Assembly: GCA_947627315.1 (NCBI GenBank)
Contig: CANQVN010000001.1
Coordinates: 1,656 to 65,655, forward strand
Origin: an uncultured Clostridia bacterium
GTDB taxonomy: Bacteria > Bacillota > Clostridia > Oscillospirales > QAKW01
DNA: 64,000 bases
Direction: 5' to 3'
The position numbers were made by a program, and so were the translations under genes. Shown here piece by piece: positions 18,017 to 28,409 of this stretch (positions are counted from its first letter, which is position 1; each line of letters starts with the position of its first letter). The notes beneath the pieces are model-generated. The model had not been told where the DNA came from. It made no database searches and saw only the letters and a program-made list of their open reading frames with translations.

Positions 18017-21000
18017 ATGAAAAAGAGAATACTTGCCCTGCTGACGGCAGTCGTTTTACTGCTGTCTTTGACGGTCGCGCCCGTTTCGGCTGTACCCGCG
18101 GGAGATATTCCGAAAGAAATGCTGAACAATATGTTTCTTGACGCCCTGGCATATACGGGATACGGCGTTCAGAAAATGAAAGACGACGGCAGCATATTTA
18201 TCAAGTATGCCTACATGGTGGACAGCGGCGTATTGTCCGGTATTTCATACGATACGTCCTGCACCGGTCTTGAAACTGATTCGTCCGGTATGCCGGACAT
18301 TGCCAAGTTTCGGTCGAGCGGACTATGCTGCGCAAGTTATATCAGTTACGTCTATCTCAATTATTTGCCGCACGTTAAAAAGATCGACGTTTCCGGCTTT
18401 GCACACCCGGACAACTATGTATACGCTCCAAGTTGGCGCGAGGCGGCGGAAAAGTGGATAGCGGCGGGAAAAGCAAGAAAGATAAACTTTACCCAAAGCT
18501 CAAACGGTTCAAACTTTTCACCGTCAGAGTCGATTCCTATCGGGTCTCTGCTGTTTTTCAAAAACCAGGGTTCGGACAGTTCCACCACCTCCCACGTCGC
18601 CATTTATGCCGGAAAGTACGGCGGTCAGCACTTTATCACGCACGTGGGCAACGACCGCGGACCGGAGATTTCATCGGTCGACGGCATGACAAAAGGCGGT
18701 CGGGTGGAGATCGTAAATCTTATCATTACCCCACCTGATGATTTACAGGCGGACGGCGCCATTGAGGTAAACAAAAAAGATACAAACGGTAAAAATCTGA
18801 GCGGCGCCGTATTTACCGCAACCAACAGCAAGAGCGGGATGCAGTATAAGATCGGACCGACAAACAGCGCGGGATATGCAAAAACGGATGGCATTCCCTA
18901 CGGCGACTATCTCGTGAAAGAAACGGTATTCCCGAAAAACCACCGCGCTTACGGCCAGACGGAATGGAATGTGACGGTGGACAACAAAAATGACGGGGTT
19001 GTAACGGTCAACGCAGTCAATGAGGAAATCCCGGGCTCCTGCAAAATCGTTAAGACTTCCGAGGACGGCAAAGTGGACGGGATTAGTTTCAATATCAGCG
19101 GGAATGGTATCAACAAAACCGTACAAACCAAGAACGGCGGTCAGATTCAGATCGACAACTTGAAGCCCGGCACCTACACCGTAACCGAGCAGGCGTATGA
19201 CAAGTATAATCCGCAGGAGAGCCGGACGGTGACGGTGGTTTCCGGCAAAGTTGCAACCGTCACTTTCAGCAATACTCTGAAACGCGGCAGCGTTATCGTC
19301 ACCAAAAACGCGGAAGACGGACTGATCGATGGCAAACGGTTTCACCTTTACGGAACATCGCTTTCGGGGCTTGCGGTGGATGAATATGCCATATCGGGCG
19401 TGGACGGAAAGGCGTATTTTAACGATGTGCTTATAGGCAGCGGCTACACGCTTGAAGAAGTCGATACCGAGGAAAAATACATTATACCGGACAGCCAAAC
19501 CGTTACAGTGGAATGGGAAAAAGCAACACGGACGGAGTTTGACAACATTCTGAAACGAGGAGATCTGACGGTCACAAAGACCGCGGAGGACAGTCTGACG
19601 GAGGGACTGCGTTTTCATCTGACGGGCATTTCGCTCAGCGGAATCCCGGTAGACGAATATGCGACCGTTGAAAGCGACGGCAAGGCGTATTTCAGGAATA
19701 TCCTTATCGGCGCAAATTATACTTTGTCCGAAGCGCAAACGCCCGTTCGCTATGTTGTTCCGCCCGATCAGATCGCCGCCGTCGAATGGGGCAAAGTGAC
19801 TGAAAAATCCTTTGACAACCGCCTGAAAAAGTGGAATCTGACCTTGCGAAAATATGACGGCGAAACAAACGACGTGCCGCAGGGCGACGGATCGCTTGCG
19901 GGCGCGGTATACGGCATTTATGACGGTGATGAACTGATCGACCGTTATACTACCGACGCGACGGGCGGTTTTACCACCAAATACTATATTTGCGGGGATA
20001 ACTGGAGTTGCAGGGAGATCGGCGCAAGCGAAGGGTATCTTGTTAATACGGACGCCGTACATATCGGCGCACAGGCGGAAAATTATATAGTCGAATACAA
20101 CAGCCTAACGGCAGAGTCTCCCGAAACGATACGAAAGGGCAAGATCGCCATCATCAAGCACACAGACGACGGGGAAACCCAGATCGAAACGCCGGAAACG
20201 GGAGCGACCTTTGAGGTGTTCTTGAAATCCGCAGGCAGTTATGCAGCGGCGAAAGAAACCGAGCGTGACCGCCTCGTTTGTGACGAAAACGGATTTGCAG
20301 AAACGAAGGAATTGCCCTACGGCGTTTACACCGTTCATCAGGTGAGCGGCTGGGAAGGTCGTGAACTGCTTCCGGATTTTGATGTGTATATTGAAAAGGA
20401 CGGTCAGACCTACCGCTATCTCATCAACAATCGCAACTTTGAAAGCTATATCAAGATCGTCAAGACCGACGCGGAAACCGGCAAGACCATTCCCTATGCG
20501 GGAGCAGGATTCCAAATCTACGACCCAGAAGGAAATCTTGTTTCCATGAGCTACACCTATCCGCAGATCACGACCATTGATACCTTTTACACCAATGCCG
20601 AGGGCTTCCTGCTCACTCCCGAAAAGCTGCCCTATGGAAAAGGTTATTCCATTGTGGAGGTGCAGGCTCCGTATGGCTATGTGCTGAACAGCGACCCCGT
20701 GTATTTTGACATTACCGCCGATAATGCAACCGTGGAAAATGCCATAACCGTGGTATCGGTCAACCGTCCTGATATGCCGCAAAAAGGAAAAATTACAATT
20801 ACCAAGACCGGCGAGGTGTTCTCGTCTGTTGTGCAGTCGGGAGAGATTTACCAGCCCATCTACGAGGCAAAGGGACTCCCCGGCGCGGTGTATGAAATTC
20901 TCGCCGCCGAGGACATCTACACCCCGGACGGAACGCTCCGCTACTCCAAAGGTACGGTCGTGGATACCGTCACTACAGGCGAGTATGGAGTTGCCGTCAG

Positions 21001-23035
21001 CAAGGCGTTGTATCTCGGAAAATACGAAATTCGTGAAGTCAAAGCGCCTTATGGCATGGTACTGAACACCGAGGTGCGTACCGTGGAACTGACCTACGCC
21101 GGGCAGGAGATCGAGATCACCGAAACGACGACCGAGTTTTATAACGAACGCCAAAAGGTGCAGATCGATCTCTCCAAAGTTATGGAGCAAGATGAAACCT
21201 TCGGTATTGGAAATAACGGCGAAATCCTCTCTGTGCAGTTCGGTCTGTTCGCCGCCGAGGACATCGTTGCGGCAGACGGGACGACGATTCCGAAAGGCGC
21301 TCTGATTGAAACCGTGTTCTGTGACGAAAACGGTCATGCCGTCTTTACGACCGATCTTCCCGTGGGCGCAAAGCTGTATGTCAAGGAAATCGCCACGGAT
21401 AGCCATTATATCCTCTCCGATACGCAGTGCCCCGTGAATTTTGAGTATGCCGGACAGAAAGTAGCAACGGTTAATATCACCGTAAATAACGGCAATCCGA
21501 TAGAGAATGACATCCTCCGCGGAGATATTCTCGGCCATAAGACCGACCGTGAAACCGGGGAAAATATTGCAGGCGCAGTTTTCGGACTGTTTGCCTCCGA
21601 CACCACAGAATACACCGAGGACAACGCTATCCTAACTGCTATTACCGGCGAGGATGGCGTTTTTACTTTTGAGAACCTGCCCTATGGCAGTTATGTGATC
21701 GTGGAGCTTTCTCCTGCGGAGGGCTACCTGCCGAACAAGGAACCGCACCATGTTCATGTGACGACCGACGGCGAGGTGATTGGAATCTCGGTGGTGAACG
21801 ATAAAATCCCCGAAATCGGCACTACGGCAACGACAGAGGAAGAAAAGCAAACCCATCCCAACGAGCAGATCACCATCGAGGATGTGGTGGAGTACAAGCA
21901 CCTGATCCCCGGCAAGGAATATACGCTCAAGGGAACGCTCATGGACAAAGCCACGGGTGAACCGTTCCTTGTGGACGGTCAACCTGTAATGTCCGAAACC
22001 ACCTTCGTTCCCGAAGATTTCTCCGGCACGGTGACAGTAACCTTCGTATTCGACGGCAAGGGTATCACACAGAACACCGACCTCGTGGTATTTGAGAGTC
22101 TGTATAAGGACGGCATCGAGCTTGCCGTTCACGCCGACATCGAGGACGAGGGACAGACGGTGACGGTGCTTGTTCCCGAAATCGGCACGACCGCTACGGT
22201 AGACGGCGAAAAAGAGGTTAATGCCACCGAGGCCTTCACGCTGGAGGATGTGGTCGCCTATGAGTATCTCATTCCCGGCAAGGAGTATGTGCTGAAAGGC
22301 GTCCTGATGGACAAAGCCACCGGCGAGCCACTCCTCTTGAACGGGGAGGAAATCCACTCGGAGGTCACATTCGTCCCCGAAGCCGCAAGCGGAAACGTCA
22401 CGGTGACATTTGAATTTGACGCAAAATATATTAAAAGCGATACCGACATTGTCGTTTTCGAACGGCTGCATTATAACGACGTGGAGATCGCCGTCCACGA
22501 GGACATAAACGATACGGATCAAACGGTCAGTGTTTATGTCCCGAACATCGGCACAACGGCAGTCGTAAACGGGCAAAAAGAGGCGGTCGTCGACGGCTCT
22601 TTCACCGTTGAGGATATTGTGCATTATTCAAATCTTACACCCGGCAAAGAGTATTTGCTGAAGGGCGTTTTGATGAACAAAGCAGATAAAGAACCGTTTG
22701 CTGTAAACGAAACCGACATTACTGCGGAGCTTACGTTTATACCCGAAGCGTCAAGCGGAGATGTAACCGTCACCTTCACGGCGGACGGCGTTTCGATCAC
22801 GGAAGATACGGAACTTGTCGTATTTGAAAAACTGTACCGCGAGGATGTGGAGATTGCGGCACACTCCGACATAGACGATAACAAACAGACGGTAACGCTC
22901 CTTCCACCGCCCCCGCCGACGCCGCCCAAGACCGGTGATTTGTCAACCGTCCGCTTTTGGGCGTGGCTGGGACTATCGTCGCTCGGCGGGCTTACCGCGA
23001 CCGTTTTCTGCTATCGCAAAAAGAAAATCAAATGA
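18017..23035 (+). CDS. Large cell-wall-anchored surface protein: amidase/NlpC-like N-domain, Cna-B/SpaA repeats, VaFE-type repeats, PPKTGD sorting signal
   Basis: Signal peptide, N-domain GSLLFFKNQ...SHVAIYAGKYGG, repeated Cna-B motifs, repeated LxPGKEYxLKGxLMxKA, C-terminal PPKTGD + transmembrane + KKK. Confidence 0.88.
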   Translation: MKKRILALLTAVVLLLSLTVAPVSAVPAGDIPKEMLNNMFLDALAYTGYGVQKMKDDGSIFIKYAYMVDSGVLSGISYDTSCTGLETDSSGMPDIAKFRSSGLCCASYISYVYLNYLPHVKKIDVSGFAHPDNYVYAPSWREAAEKWIAAGKARKINFTQSSNGSNFSPSESIPIGSLLFFKNQGSDSSTTSHVAIYAGKYGGQHFITHVGNDRGPEISSVDGMTKGGRVEIVNLIITPPDDLQADGAIEVNKKDTNGKNLSGAVFTATNSKSGMQYKIGPTNSAGYAKTDGIPYGDYLVKETVFPKNHRAYGQTEWNVTVDNKNDGVVTVNAVNEEIPGSCKIVKTSEDGKVDGISFNISGNGINKTVQTKNGGQIQIDNLKPGTYTVTEQAYDKYNPQESRTVTVVSGKVATVTFSNTLKRGSVIVTKNAEDGLIDGKRFHLYGTSLSGLAVDEYAISGVDGKAYFNDVLIGSGYTLEEVDTEEKYIIPDSQTVTVEWEKATRTEFDNILKRGDLTVTKTAEDSLTEGLRFHLTGISLSGIPVDEYATVESDGKAYFRNILIGANYTLSEAQTPVRYVVPPDQIAAVEWGKVTEKSFDNRLKKWNLTLRKYDGETNDVPQGDGSLAGAVYGIYDGDELIDRYTTDATGGFTTKYYICGDNWSCREIGASEGYLVNTDAVHIGAQAENYIVEYNSLTAESPETIRKGKIAIIKHTDDGETQIETPETGATFEVFLKSAGSYAAAKETERDRLVCDENGFAETKELPYGVYTVHQVSGWEGRELLPDFDVYIEKDGQTYRYLINNRNFESYIKIVKTDAETGKTIPYAGAGFQIYDPEGNLVSMSYTYPQITTIDTFYTNAEGFLLTPEKLPYGKGYSIVEVQAPYGYVLNSDPVYFDITADNATVENAITVVSVNRPDMPQKGKITITKTGEVFSSVVQSGEIYQPIYEAKGLPGAVYEILAAEDIYTPDGTLRYSKGTVVDTVTTGEYGVAVSKALYLGKYEIREVKAPYGMVLNTEVRTVELTYAGQEIEITETTTEFYNERQKVQIDLSKVMEQDETFGIGNNGEILSVQFGLFAAEDIVAADGTTIPKGALIETVFCDENGHAVFTTDLPVGAKLYVKEIATDSHYILSDTQCPVNFEYAGQKVATVNITVNNGNPIENDILRGDILGHKTDRETGENIAGAVFGLFASDTTEYTEDNAILTAITGEDGVFTFENLPYGSYVIVELSPAEGYLPNKEPHHVHVTTDGEVIGISVVNDKIPEIGTTATTEEEKQTHPNEQITIEDVVEYKHLIPGKEYTLKGTLMDKATGEPFLVDGQPVMSETTFVPEDFSGTVTVTFVFDGKGITQNTDLVVFESLYKDGIELAVHADIEDEGQTVTVLVPEIGTTATVDGEKEVNATEAFTLEDVVAYEYLIPGKEYVLKGVLMDKATGEPLLLNGEEIHSEVTFVPEAASGNVTVTFEFDAKYIKSDTDIVVFERLHYNDVEIAVHEDINDTDQTVSVYVPNIGTTAVVNGQKEAVVDGSFTVEDIVHYSNLTPGKEYLLKGVLMNKADKEPFAVNETDITAELTFIPEASSGDVTVTFTADGVSITEDTELVVFEKLYREDVEIAAHSDIDDNKQTVTLLPPPPPTPPKTGDLSTVRFWAWLGLSSLGGLTATVFCYRKKKIK

Positions 23036-23784
23036 AAACGGCGGTTAAGATCGGTCTGCGGCTGACGATCATTCTGTTTTCGGCAGTAACGCTCGTATCG
23101 GGTGGTATGGCAATAAAAGAACTTGTCGCTCGACAAAAAGAACAGGCGGATTTTGAAGATCTTGTCGAGCGGATAACGCCGCGTGAGCGGAACGAGCCGT
23201 CGTCGGAACCCGAGCCGACCGAAAAAACTCGCAATCTTGACGCGTTGTACCGAGAAAACAAGGACTTTTTCGGCTGGCTTTCGATACCTGGAACAGACCT
23301 TGATTATCCGATGATGCACACGCCGAGCGACCCGCAAAAATATTTGCGTAAAAACTTTTACGGACAATACAGCAGATCCGGCGTCCCGTTTTTGGACTAT
23401 CGCTGTATGCAAAACAGAGGGCATCTCATTATTTACGGGCATAATCTCGGGACCCGCACTATGTTCGGTGCTCTTACGCAATATACGGACGAGGACTATC
23501 TGAAAAGGCATCCAACCGTCGAACTGCAAACCAAAGCGGGTCTTACGCAATACGGGATATTTGCCGTGGCTTTCGTTAAAGACACCGACCGTTGGTATGA
23601 TTTTTTGAATGCCGCAGATAAGGACGAATATGCGCAAGCGATCGCGTATATCCGTAAAAAGTCTGTGACGGCAACGGATACGATACCGGAATACGGTCAG
23701 CGGATTTTAACGCTTTCCACCTGTTTCGGCTCCGAGGAGGACGGCAGACTGATCGTTGTCGCGGCAGAGCAATTTTACACTTGA
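23032..23784 (+). CDS. Class B-type sortase
   Basis: FFGWLSIPGTDLDYPMMH...YGHNLGTRTMFGAL...LTLSTCFGSEEDGRLIVVA. ATG overlaps the end of the surface protein gene. Confidence 0.88.
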   Translation: MKTAVKIGLRLTIILFSAVTLVSGGMAIKELVARQKEQADFEDLVERITPRERNEPSSEPEPTEKTRNLDALYRENKDFFGWLSIPGTDLDYPMMHTPSDPQKYLRKNFYGQYSRSGVPFLDYRCMQNRGHLIIYGHNLGTRTMFGALTQYTDEDYLKRHPTVELQTKAGLTQYGIFAVAFVKDTDRWYDFLNAADKDEYAQAIAYIRKKSVTATDTIPEYGQRILTLSTCFGSEEDGRLIVVAAEQFYT

Positions 23785-23790
23785 TTTTCA

Positions 23791-23818
23791 GGGCGGATAT
23801 CTCATCGGATATCCGCCC
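23791..23818. terminator. Perfect stem-loop after the sortase gene
   Basis: gggcggatatc / gatatccgccc, 11-bp arms. No strong T-run, so the function is uncertain. Confidence 0.45.
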
Positions 23819-23913
23819 GATTCATATCGGGAGATAGTGCCGAAAACCCAGCTGCCAAGGGATTTCGCGTCGACCTGACAGATAATGATATAGAGGGACA
23901 AGAAAGGAGAACG

Positions 23914-24240
23914 ATGTACTCTAAAGAAAAATGCTTATATTCCGTTTTGGTTTCGGTCTGCGGGAATTGGCGCAACGCAATTTATCTGCAATGCAGCCGC
24001 TGCGACCGGAAATGCGGAGGATTTCTGTTGTCGACAAACAGCGACGGCTCGCCCGTGTTGTTTCCGGTGTCCGACTTTGAAAAAATAACCGGTGAAAAAA
24101 TCGACCCGAACGAATGCGCCTGCGTTATGACACGAGAAACGTTTGAAAAGTTGTTTCATCGGTGGCTCATCTGGCACACGGCGGCTTTGGAGTCGTGCTG
24201 TATTACGGAAATTCTGAACAACCAAAATGAAGAAGTGTAA
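23914..24240 (+). CDS. Hypothetical cysteine-containing protein
   Basis: 108-aa ORF with RBS GAAAGGAG, contains CSRCDRKCGG. Confidence 0.5.
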   Translation: MYSKEKCLYSVLVSVCGNWRNAIYLQCSRCDRKCGGFLLSTNSDGSPVLFPVSDFEKITGEKIDPNECACVMTRETFEKLFHRWLIWHTAALESCCITEILNNQNEEV

Positions 24241-24258
24241 ATTTACGGAGGTGATTTT

Positions 24259-24654
24259 TTGAGAAAGAAAAAAGGCGTGTATTGTCCGTACTGCAAAGCC
24301 AAGGCTACCCTGCACCCACTCAGCTATGTATACGGCGAAAAAGCAAATCGAAGCGGCTACGTTTATGTCTGCGACCGCTATCCCAAGTGCGACGCCTACG
24401 TATGGGCGCATCCCAAAACTCTTTTGCCGATGGGAACGCTCGCAAACGGGGATCTTCGCAATAAGCGGATACAGGCACACCGAGCGTTTGATAGGCTGTG
24501 GAAAAGCGGGAGGATGAAAAAGTGGCAGGCGTACAAATGGATGCAGGGAAAACTTGATTTGAGCCCGGAGGAGGCGCATATCGGAAAATTCGGCGACTAT
24601 ATGTGCGACCGACTGATTATCGCCTGCAATCAGGCGCACTTTAATATGGCGTGA
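24259..24654 (+). CDS. DUF3268-type zinc-finger protein
   Basis: YCPYCKAKA...VYVCDRYPKCDAYVWAHP. Confidence 0.65.
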   Translation: MRKKKGVYCPYCKAKATLHPLSYVYGEKANRSGYVYVCDRYPKCDAYVWAHPKTLLPMGTLANGDLRNKRIQAHRAFDRLWKSGRMKKWQAYKWMQGKLDLSPEEAHIGKFGDYMCDRLIIACNQAHFNMA

Positions 24655-24667
24655 TCGAGGAAAAGCA

Positions 24668-25276
24668 ATGAAACAGACGTTTTACTTAAATGCCGAACAG
24701 AAGGCCTTGGTTGAGGAAAATCTCCAACTGGTGAAAAAGGCCGTTTTCAAATACATCAACAGTACCGGCAAATGCGGACTTGATTACGAGGATCTGTTCC
24801 AGGAAGGCTGCGTTTGGTTGTGCAAGGCGGCGGCGACTTTCAAGACCTGCTACAACGTAAAGTTTTCGACCTATGCCGATCACGTCGTTAAAAACGGGAT
24901 TTGTACCTATTGCCGTCTTGCTTATCAAAAGCAAAAAAGGATCAGTTACATACCGGACTATGACCAACTGAAATATGCCGATTTCCCCGTTGCCTTTACT
25001 GCCGCCGACCGTTTGGACGATTACGACGTTATTTGTCTTTTACATTCGTTAAAGCGGCAGTATTCCGGGGTCGCAAGGCTCGGCATCGAGGCGCTTGAAT
25101 GGAAGATAAAAGGCTTGTCGGGCACCCAAATCGCCGATATTTACGGTGTAAAGCCGAACGCGGTCGGAGCGTGGATCTCAAGAGCGGTGAAGAAATTGAA
25201 GCAAAACGCAGTATTTATATCATGGGTGGAGCAGCTGGGAAAACAGGATTTATTAAAGAAACGAGGTAAGATATGA
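24668..25276 (+). CDS. Sigma-70-family-like factor
   Basis: Region-2-like YEDLFQEGCVWLCKAAATFKTCYNVKFSTYADHVVKNGI and region-4-like LSGTQIADIYGVKPNAVGAWISRAVKKLK. Confidence 0.7.
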   Translation: MKQTFYLNAEQKALVEENLQLVKKAVFKYINSTGKCGLDYEDLFQEGCVWLCKAAATFKTCYNVKFSTYADHVVKNGICTYCRLAYQKQKRISYIPDYDQLKYADFPVAFTAADRLDDYDVICLLHSLKRQYSGVARLGIEALEWKIKGLSGTQIADIYGVKPNAVGAWISRAVKKLKQNAVFISWVEQLGKQDLLKKRGKI

Positions 25277-25962
25277 ACATACTTTACACTGCCGTAGGCA
25301 GATTACAGCTTGAAAAGGACAAAAAAGGATACAGACATCCTATCGTCACCCTTAACCGAAAGCAATATGTATTGGACGTGCAGGAGATGATTTTGTGGAC
25401 CGTTCTGAACTGGCGGATACTCTCGCCCGATGAACTGAAGGAACTGTACCGCCAAAAATCACTTGAAACGGGATTTTCCTCGGAAAGAGAAGTTGACGAA
25501 TGTATTTGCAAATTGCTTCAGCGCGGTCTTATCGCGTCTGGAAAAGGCGAAACCGCCGCAGACGCGCTGTACTGGCTGCTTTCCGAACTTTATATCATCC
25601 CCATATCCCAAAATATTATGCTGCGCATAGTTTCCTTCGTCAAACTGAGCATGTTCGGCGGCGTTCCGATATCCGTCACGAGAAAAATTTTGAAAAAAGA
25701 CAGGCGCAGCAAAGATGAATCCTATGTAATGCGCCTGGCAAGACATACGGTACTATCTACGGCGGAAATCATAAAATGCGCGGATCGGAATATAACGGAT
25801 ATCGCTTCGGAGGACGAAATGGTAGAGGCATTGTATCACGACGAGTACACGACAAGCGGCAATATTGCGCACACCGTTCGCCTTCTTCCAAAATGCCGTC
25901 CTGTTCTTGTTTCGGTCGCCAACCTGTATATGCGTAAGCAGATTATTTTTGAAAGGATGTAA
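25273..25962 (+). CDS. Hypothetical protein
   Basis: 229-aa ORF overlapping the upstream stop codon. Confidence 0.5.
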   Translation: MNILYTAVGRLQLEKDKKGYRHPIVTLNRKQYVLDVQEMILWTVLNWRILSPDELKELYRQKSLETGFSSEREVDECICKLLQRGLIASGKGETAADALYWLLSELYIIPISQNIMLRIVSFVKLSMFGGVPISVTRKILKKDRRSKDESYVMRLARHTVLSTAEIIKCADRNITDIASEDEMVEALYHDEYTTSGNIAHTVRLLPKCRPVLVSVANLYMRKQIIFERM

Positions 25963-25965
25963 CCG

Positions 25966-26418
25966 ATGATTAAACGTAAAGAGGGGCCGCCGCCTATACA
26001 AAGGCGTATGCTTGTCACCGGCATCATCGGCGTTATGTGTCTGCTTATAGGGCTTGCCTTCTTTTTGCTGTTTCGGGATAGGATCATGCTGTTTTTAAGT
26101 CTTGTGCTCTGTGCGTTTTGTATCGGCAGGGCGTGGGAATATTACAGAATTATAGCGGGAAAACGATATGAAACGGTCGAAGGAGTATGCGTCGCCATAA
26201 CGCCCAAACCGCTGACAAGATACCGAAAAATCAAAATAACGGACGATGACGGCAGTGAATACGCCCTGCTGATCGATAAGCATTCAAAAATAAAAATCGG
26301 CGCAAGATATCGTTTCTATTTCAAAGAAACGCGGCGGCTTTCGTTTGGCAGCGAGTATCTTGACTCCGCCATATCCTACGACTGCTTTTTGGGCTATGAG
26401 GAGGTAGATTGCGCATAA
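25966..26418 (+). CDS. Small membrane protein
   Basis: Two hydrophobic segments near the N-terminus. Confidence 0.5.
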   Translation: MIKRKEGPPPIQRRMLVTGIIGVMCLLIGLAFFLLFRDRIMLFLSLVLCAFCIGRAWEYYRIIAGKRYETVEGVCVAITPKPLTRYRKIKITDDDGSEYALLIDKHSKIKIGARYRFYFKETRRLSFGSEYLDSAISYDCFLGYEEVDCA

Positions 26419-26471
26419 ATTAAATTTATATTTTAATTTCGCATTATTTCTGCAAAAATCAAACATAAATA

Positions 26472-26500
26472 TTGACATTATGGATTTTAACGGATATAAT
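26472..26500 (+). promoter_or_regulatory. Consensus sigma-A promoter of the RloAB-like pair
   Basis: TTGACA - 17 nt - TATAAT. Confidence 0.8.
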
Positions 26501-26548
26501 ATAAGCAAAAGACGGAAATACTATGTTCATTACTGGAGGAGTCCGTTT

Positions 26549-27727
26549 ATGCTGATACAATTTTCTATTGAAAACCATCGTTCCATCAAAAATAACGCCG
26601 TGATCAGTTTCGCAGCGTCTAAGGATAAGTCTTTGGAAGCCTATCTGCTGCATCCAGACGAAAAGCGGGTTCTTCTTCCGGCTTTGGCTCTTTACGGCGC
26701 CAACGCCGCCGGGAAAAGCAATGTTCTTCACGCGCTTATGACCATGCGGAATATGATCGTCGGCGAATCCTCCAAGATATCCAAGGGGCAAAAACTGCCG
26801 TGGGAGCCTTTCGGAGATACCGCGTCCCCCACATCGTTCGAGATCGTATTTCTCTACCGCGGCGTCCGCTATACCTATGGATATTCCTTTGACGCCGAGA
26901 GAATTTATACCGAATATCTCTATCACTGGCCAAACGGTCGTGAGGCGCTGATCTTTTCAAGAGAAAACGGCAAGTACGAGTTTCGCGAGAACGTCAACGA
27001 GCAGATAACGCTGAGCAACCGCACCGCGGAAAACAAACTGTATCTTGTTTCTTCAAACGACTGGAATTTGCCGCAAACGGAAAACGCGTATAAGTGGTTT
27101 TTGGAAAAGCTGACTTTCCTGATGGCGGAGCCGCCCGCCTCGTCCAAAACCGTTGCGCAGATCGCGGACGGTGACGAAAAAAAGGCACGCATACTCAAGG
27201 AGTTGCTGTTGGCGGATCTCGGTATATCGGACGTGTCCGTTAAAAGCACTTCCGGAAAGGCGCCCGTTATTACCACGACGCACCGTATGATCCGCGAGGA
27301 CGGCAGTGTGGAGCACTTTTCACTTGTGATGGATCAGGAGTCCTCCGGTACGCAGCGGTTCTTTGCCCGCATCGGCGGATGGCTTCAGGCGCTTGAGGAC
27401 GGCGCGCTGTTGGTGGTGGATGAGATCGAAGACAGCCTGCACCCGCTTCTGACAAAGCGGCTGATCGAAATGGTACAGGATAACACTGTCAATACGAACG
27501 GCGCACAGCTGTTGTTTACAACACATGACGCCATGCTGCTCGATCTTACCTTTTTCCGCAGGGATCAAATATGGTTTGCCGAAAAGAATGAAAAAAGCTG
27601 CGCCACCGAGCTTTACTCATTGGCGTCTTTCTCCCCGCGAAAGGGCGAGAACATCCGCAAGGGATATCTTCAGGGACGCTTCGGCGCAATTCCATTTATC
27701 GGAGGTGACGCTTTGTGGCAGCAATGA
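26549..27727 (+). CDS. RloA/AbiLii-like AAA ATPase
   Basis: ENHRSIKNNAVISF, Walker A ALYGANAAGKSNVLHAL, ABC-type LLVVDEIEDSLHPLLTKRLIE. Confidence 0.8.
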   Translation: MLIQFSIENHRSIKNNAVISFAASKDKSLEAYLLHPDEKRVLLPALALYGANAAGKSNVLHALMTMRNMIVGESSKISKGQKLPWEPFGDTASPTSFEIVFLYRGVRYTYGYSFDAERIYTEYLYHWPNGREALIFSRENGKYEFRENVNEQITLSNRTAENKLYLVSSNDWNLPQTENAYKWFLEKLTFLMAEPPASSKTVAQIADGDEKKARILKELLLADLGISDVSVKSTSGKAPVITTTHRMIREDGSVEHFSLVMDQESSGTQRFFARIGGWLQALEDGALLVVDEIEDSLHPLLTKRLIEMVQDNTVNTNGAQLLFTTHDAMLLDLTFFRRDQIWFAEKNEKSCATELYSLASFSPRKGENIRKGYLQGRFGAIPFIGGDALWQQ

Positions 27728-28347
27728 GAAAAGAGTACGACCCGGACAAAGCGAAACGGCGTAAGCGCAGGCCGATTCTTTATATCATCTGCGAGGGAAA
27801 GGAAACAGAAACAAAATATTTCCGGCATTTCCGTTCCCGAAACTGTTTGGTCGATATCGTCCCTATCTCCTCCAAGCACAAGGCGGCGGAGCATTTGGTA
27901 AAACACGCGAAAAGCCTGCTCTCACAGGCAGACTACTTCCCAAAAGACGGCGATCGGCTGTGGTGCGTCTTTGACTGCGATGAAAACACGAATGCGGAAC
28001 TGCAAAACGCACAGAATTATGCGGAAAAACACAGCTATAAAATCGCATATTCAAACCCCTGCTTTGAATATTGGTACCTGCTTCATTTTACACAACACAA
28101 CGGTCATTTAAGCGGTGCCGGCGAAGTGTTAAAACTGCTTCAAAGCAAGGGACGGCTTGAAAAGTACGAAAAAAGCCTTGATGTTTTTTCGGATCTGCTG
28201 CCACGTCAATCCGAGGCGATCCGACGCGCAAAAGAGCGTTTGGATCAACTTTGCAAAGAGAACGTCGCCGTTCTCAGCCGTGACAGCAATCCGGTCACGA
28301 ATGTTCATGAACTTGTGGAATTTTTGAACAGTCAACAAACAAAATGA
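27724..28347 (+). CDS. RloB-family (Toprim-like) protein
   Basis: ILYIICEGKETETKYFRHF, DRLWCVFDCDEN, YSNPCFEYWYLLHF. ATGA overlap with the ATPase. Confidence 0.82.
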   Translation: MRKEYDPDKAKRRKRRPILYIICEGKETETKYFRHFRSRNCLVDIVPISSKHKAAEHLVKHAKSLLSQADYFPKDGDRLWCVFDCDENTNAELQNAQNYAEKHSYKIAYSNPCFEYWYLLHFTQHNGHLSGAGEVLKLLQSKGRLEKYEKSLDVFSDLLPRQSEAIRRAKERLDQLCKENVAVLSRDSNPVTNVHELVEFLNSQQTK

Positions 28348-28371
28348 TATCTATATATAGAATGTAAATGC

Positions 28372-28400
28372 TTGACAACAACAATATATGGTAGTATAAT
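28372..28400 (+). promoter_or_regulatory. Consensus promoter of the ssb operon
   Basis: TTGACA - 17 nt - TATAAT. Confidence 0.8.
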
Positions 28401-28409
28401 AACAATGTA

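Noticed and set aside
21840-22900. Near-identical DNA repeats as a separate repeat element
   Set aside because: They are in-frame VaFE-type domain repeats of the surface protein.
19000-22929. Long minus-strand ORFs (18743-20062, 20105-21538, 21632-22624) opposite the adhesin gene
   Set aside because: They are antisense shadows of the highly repetitive, GC-biased plus-strand gene with no RBS or family motifs.
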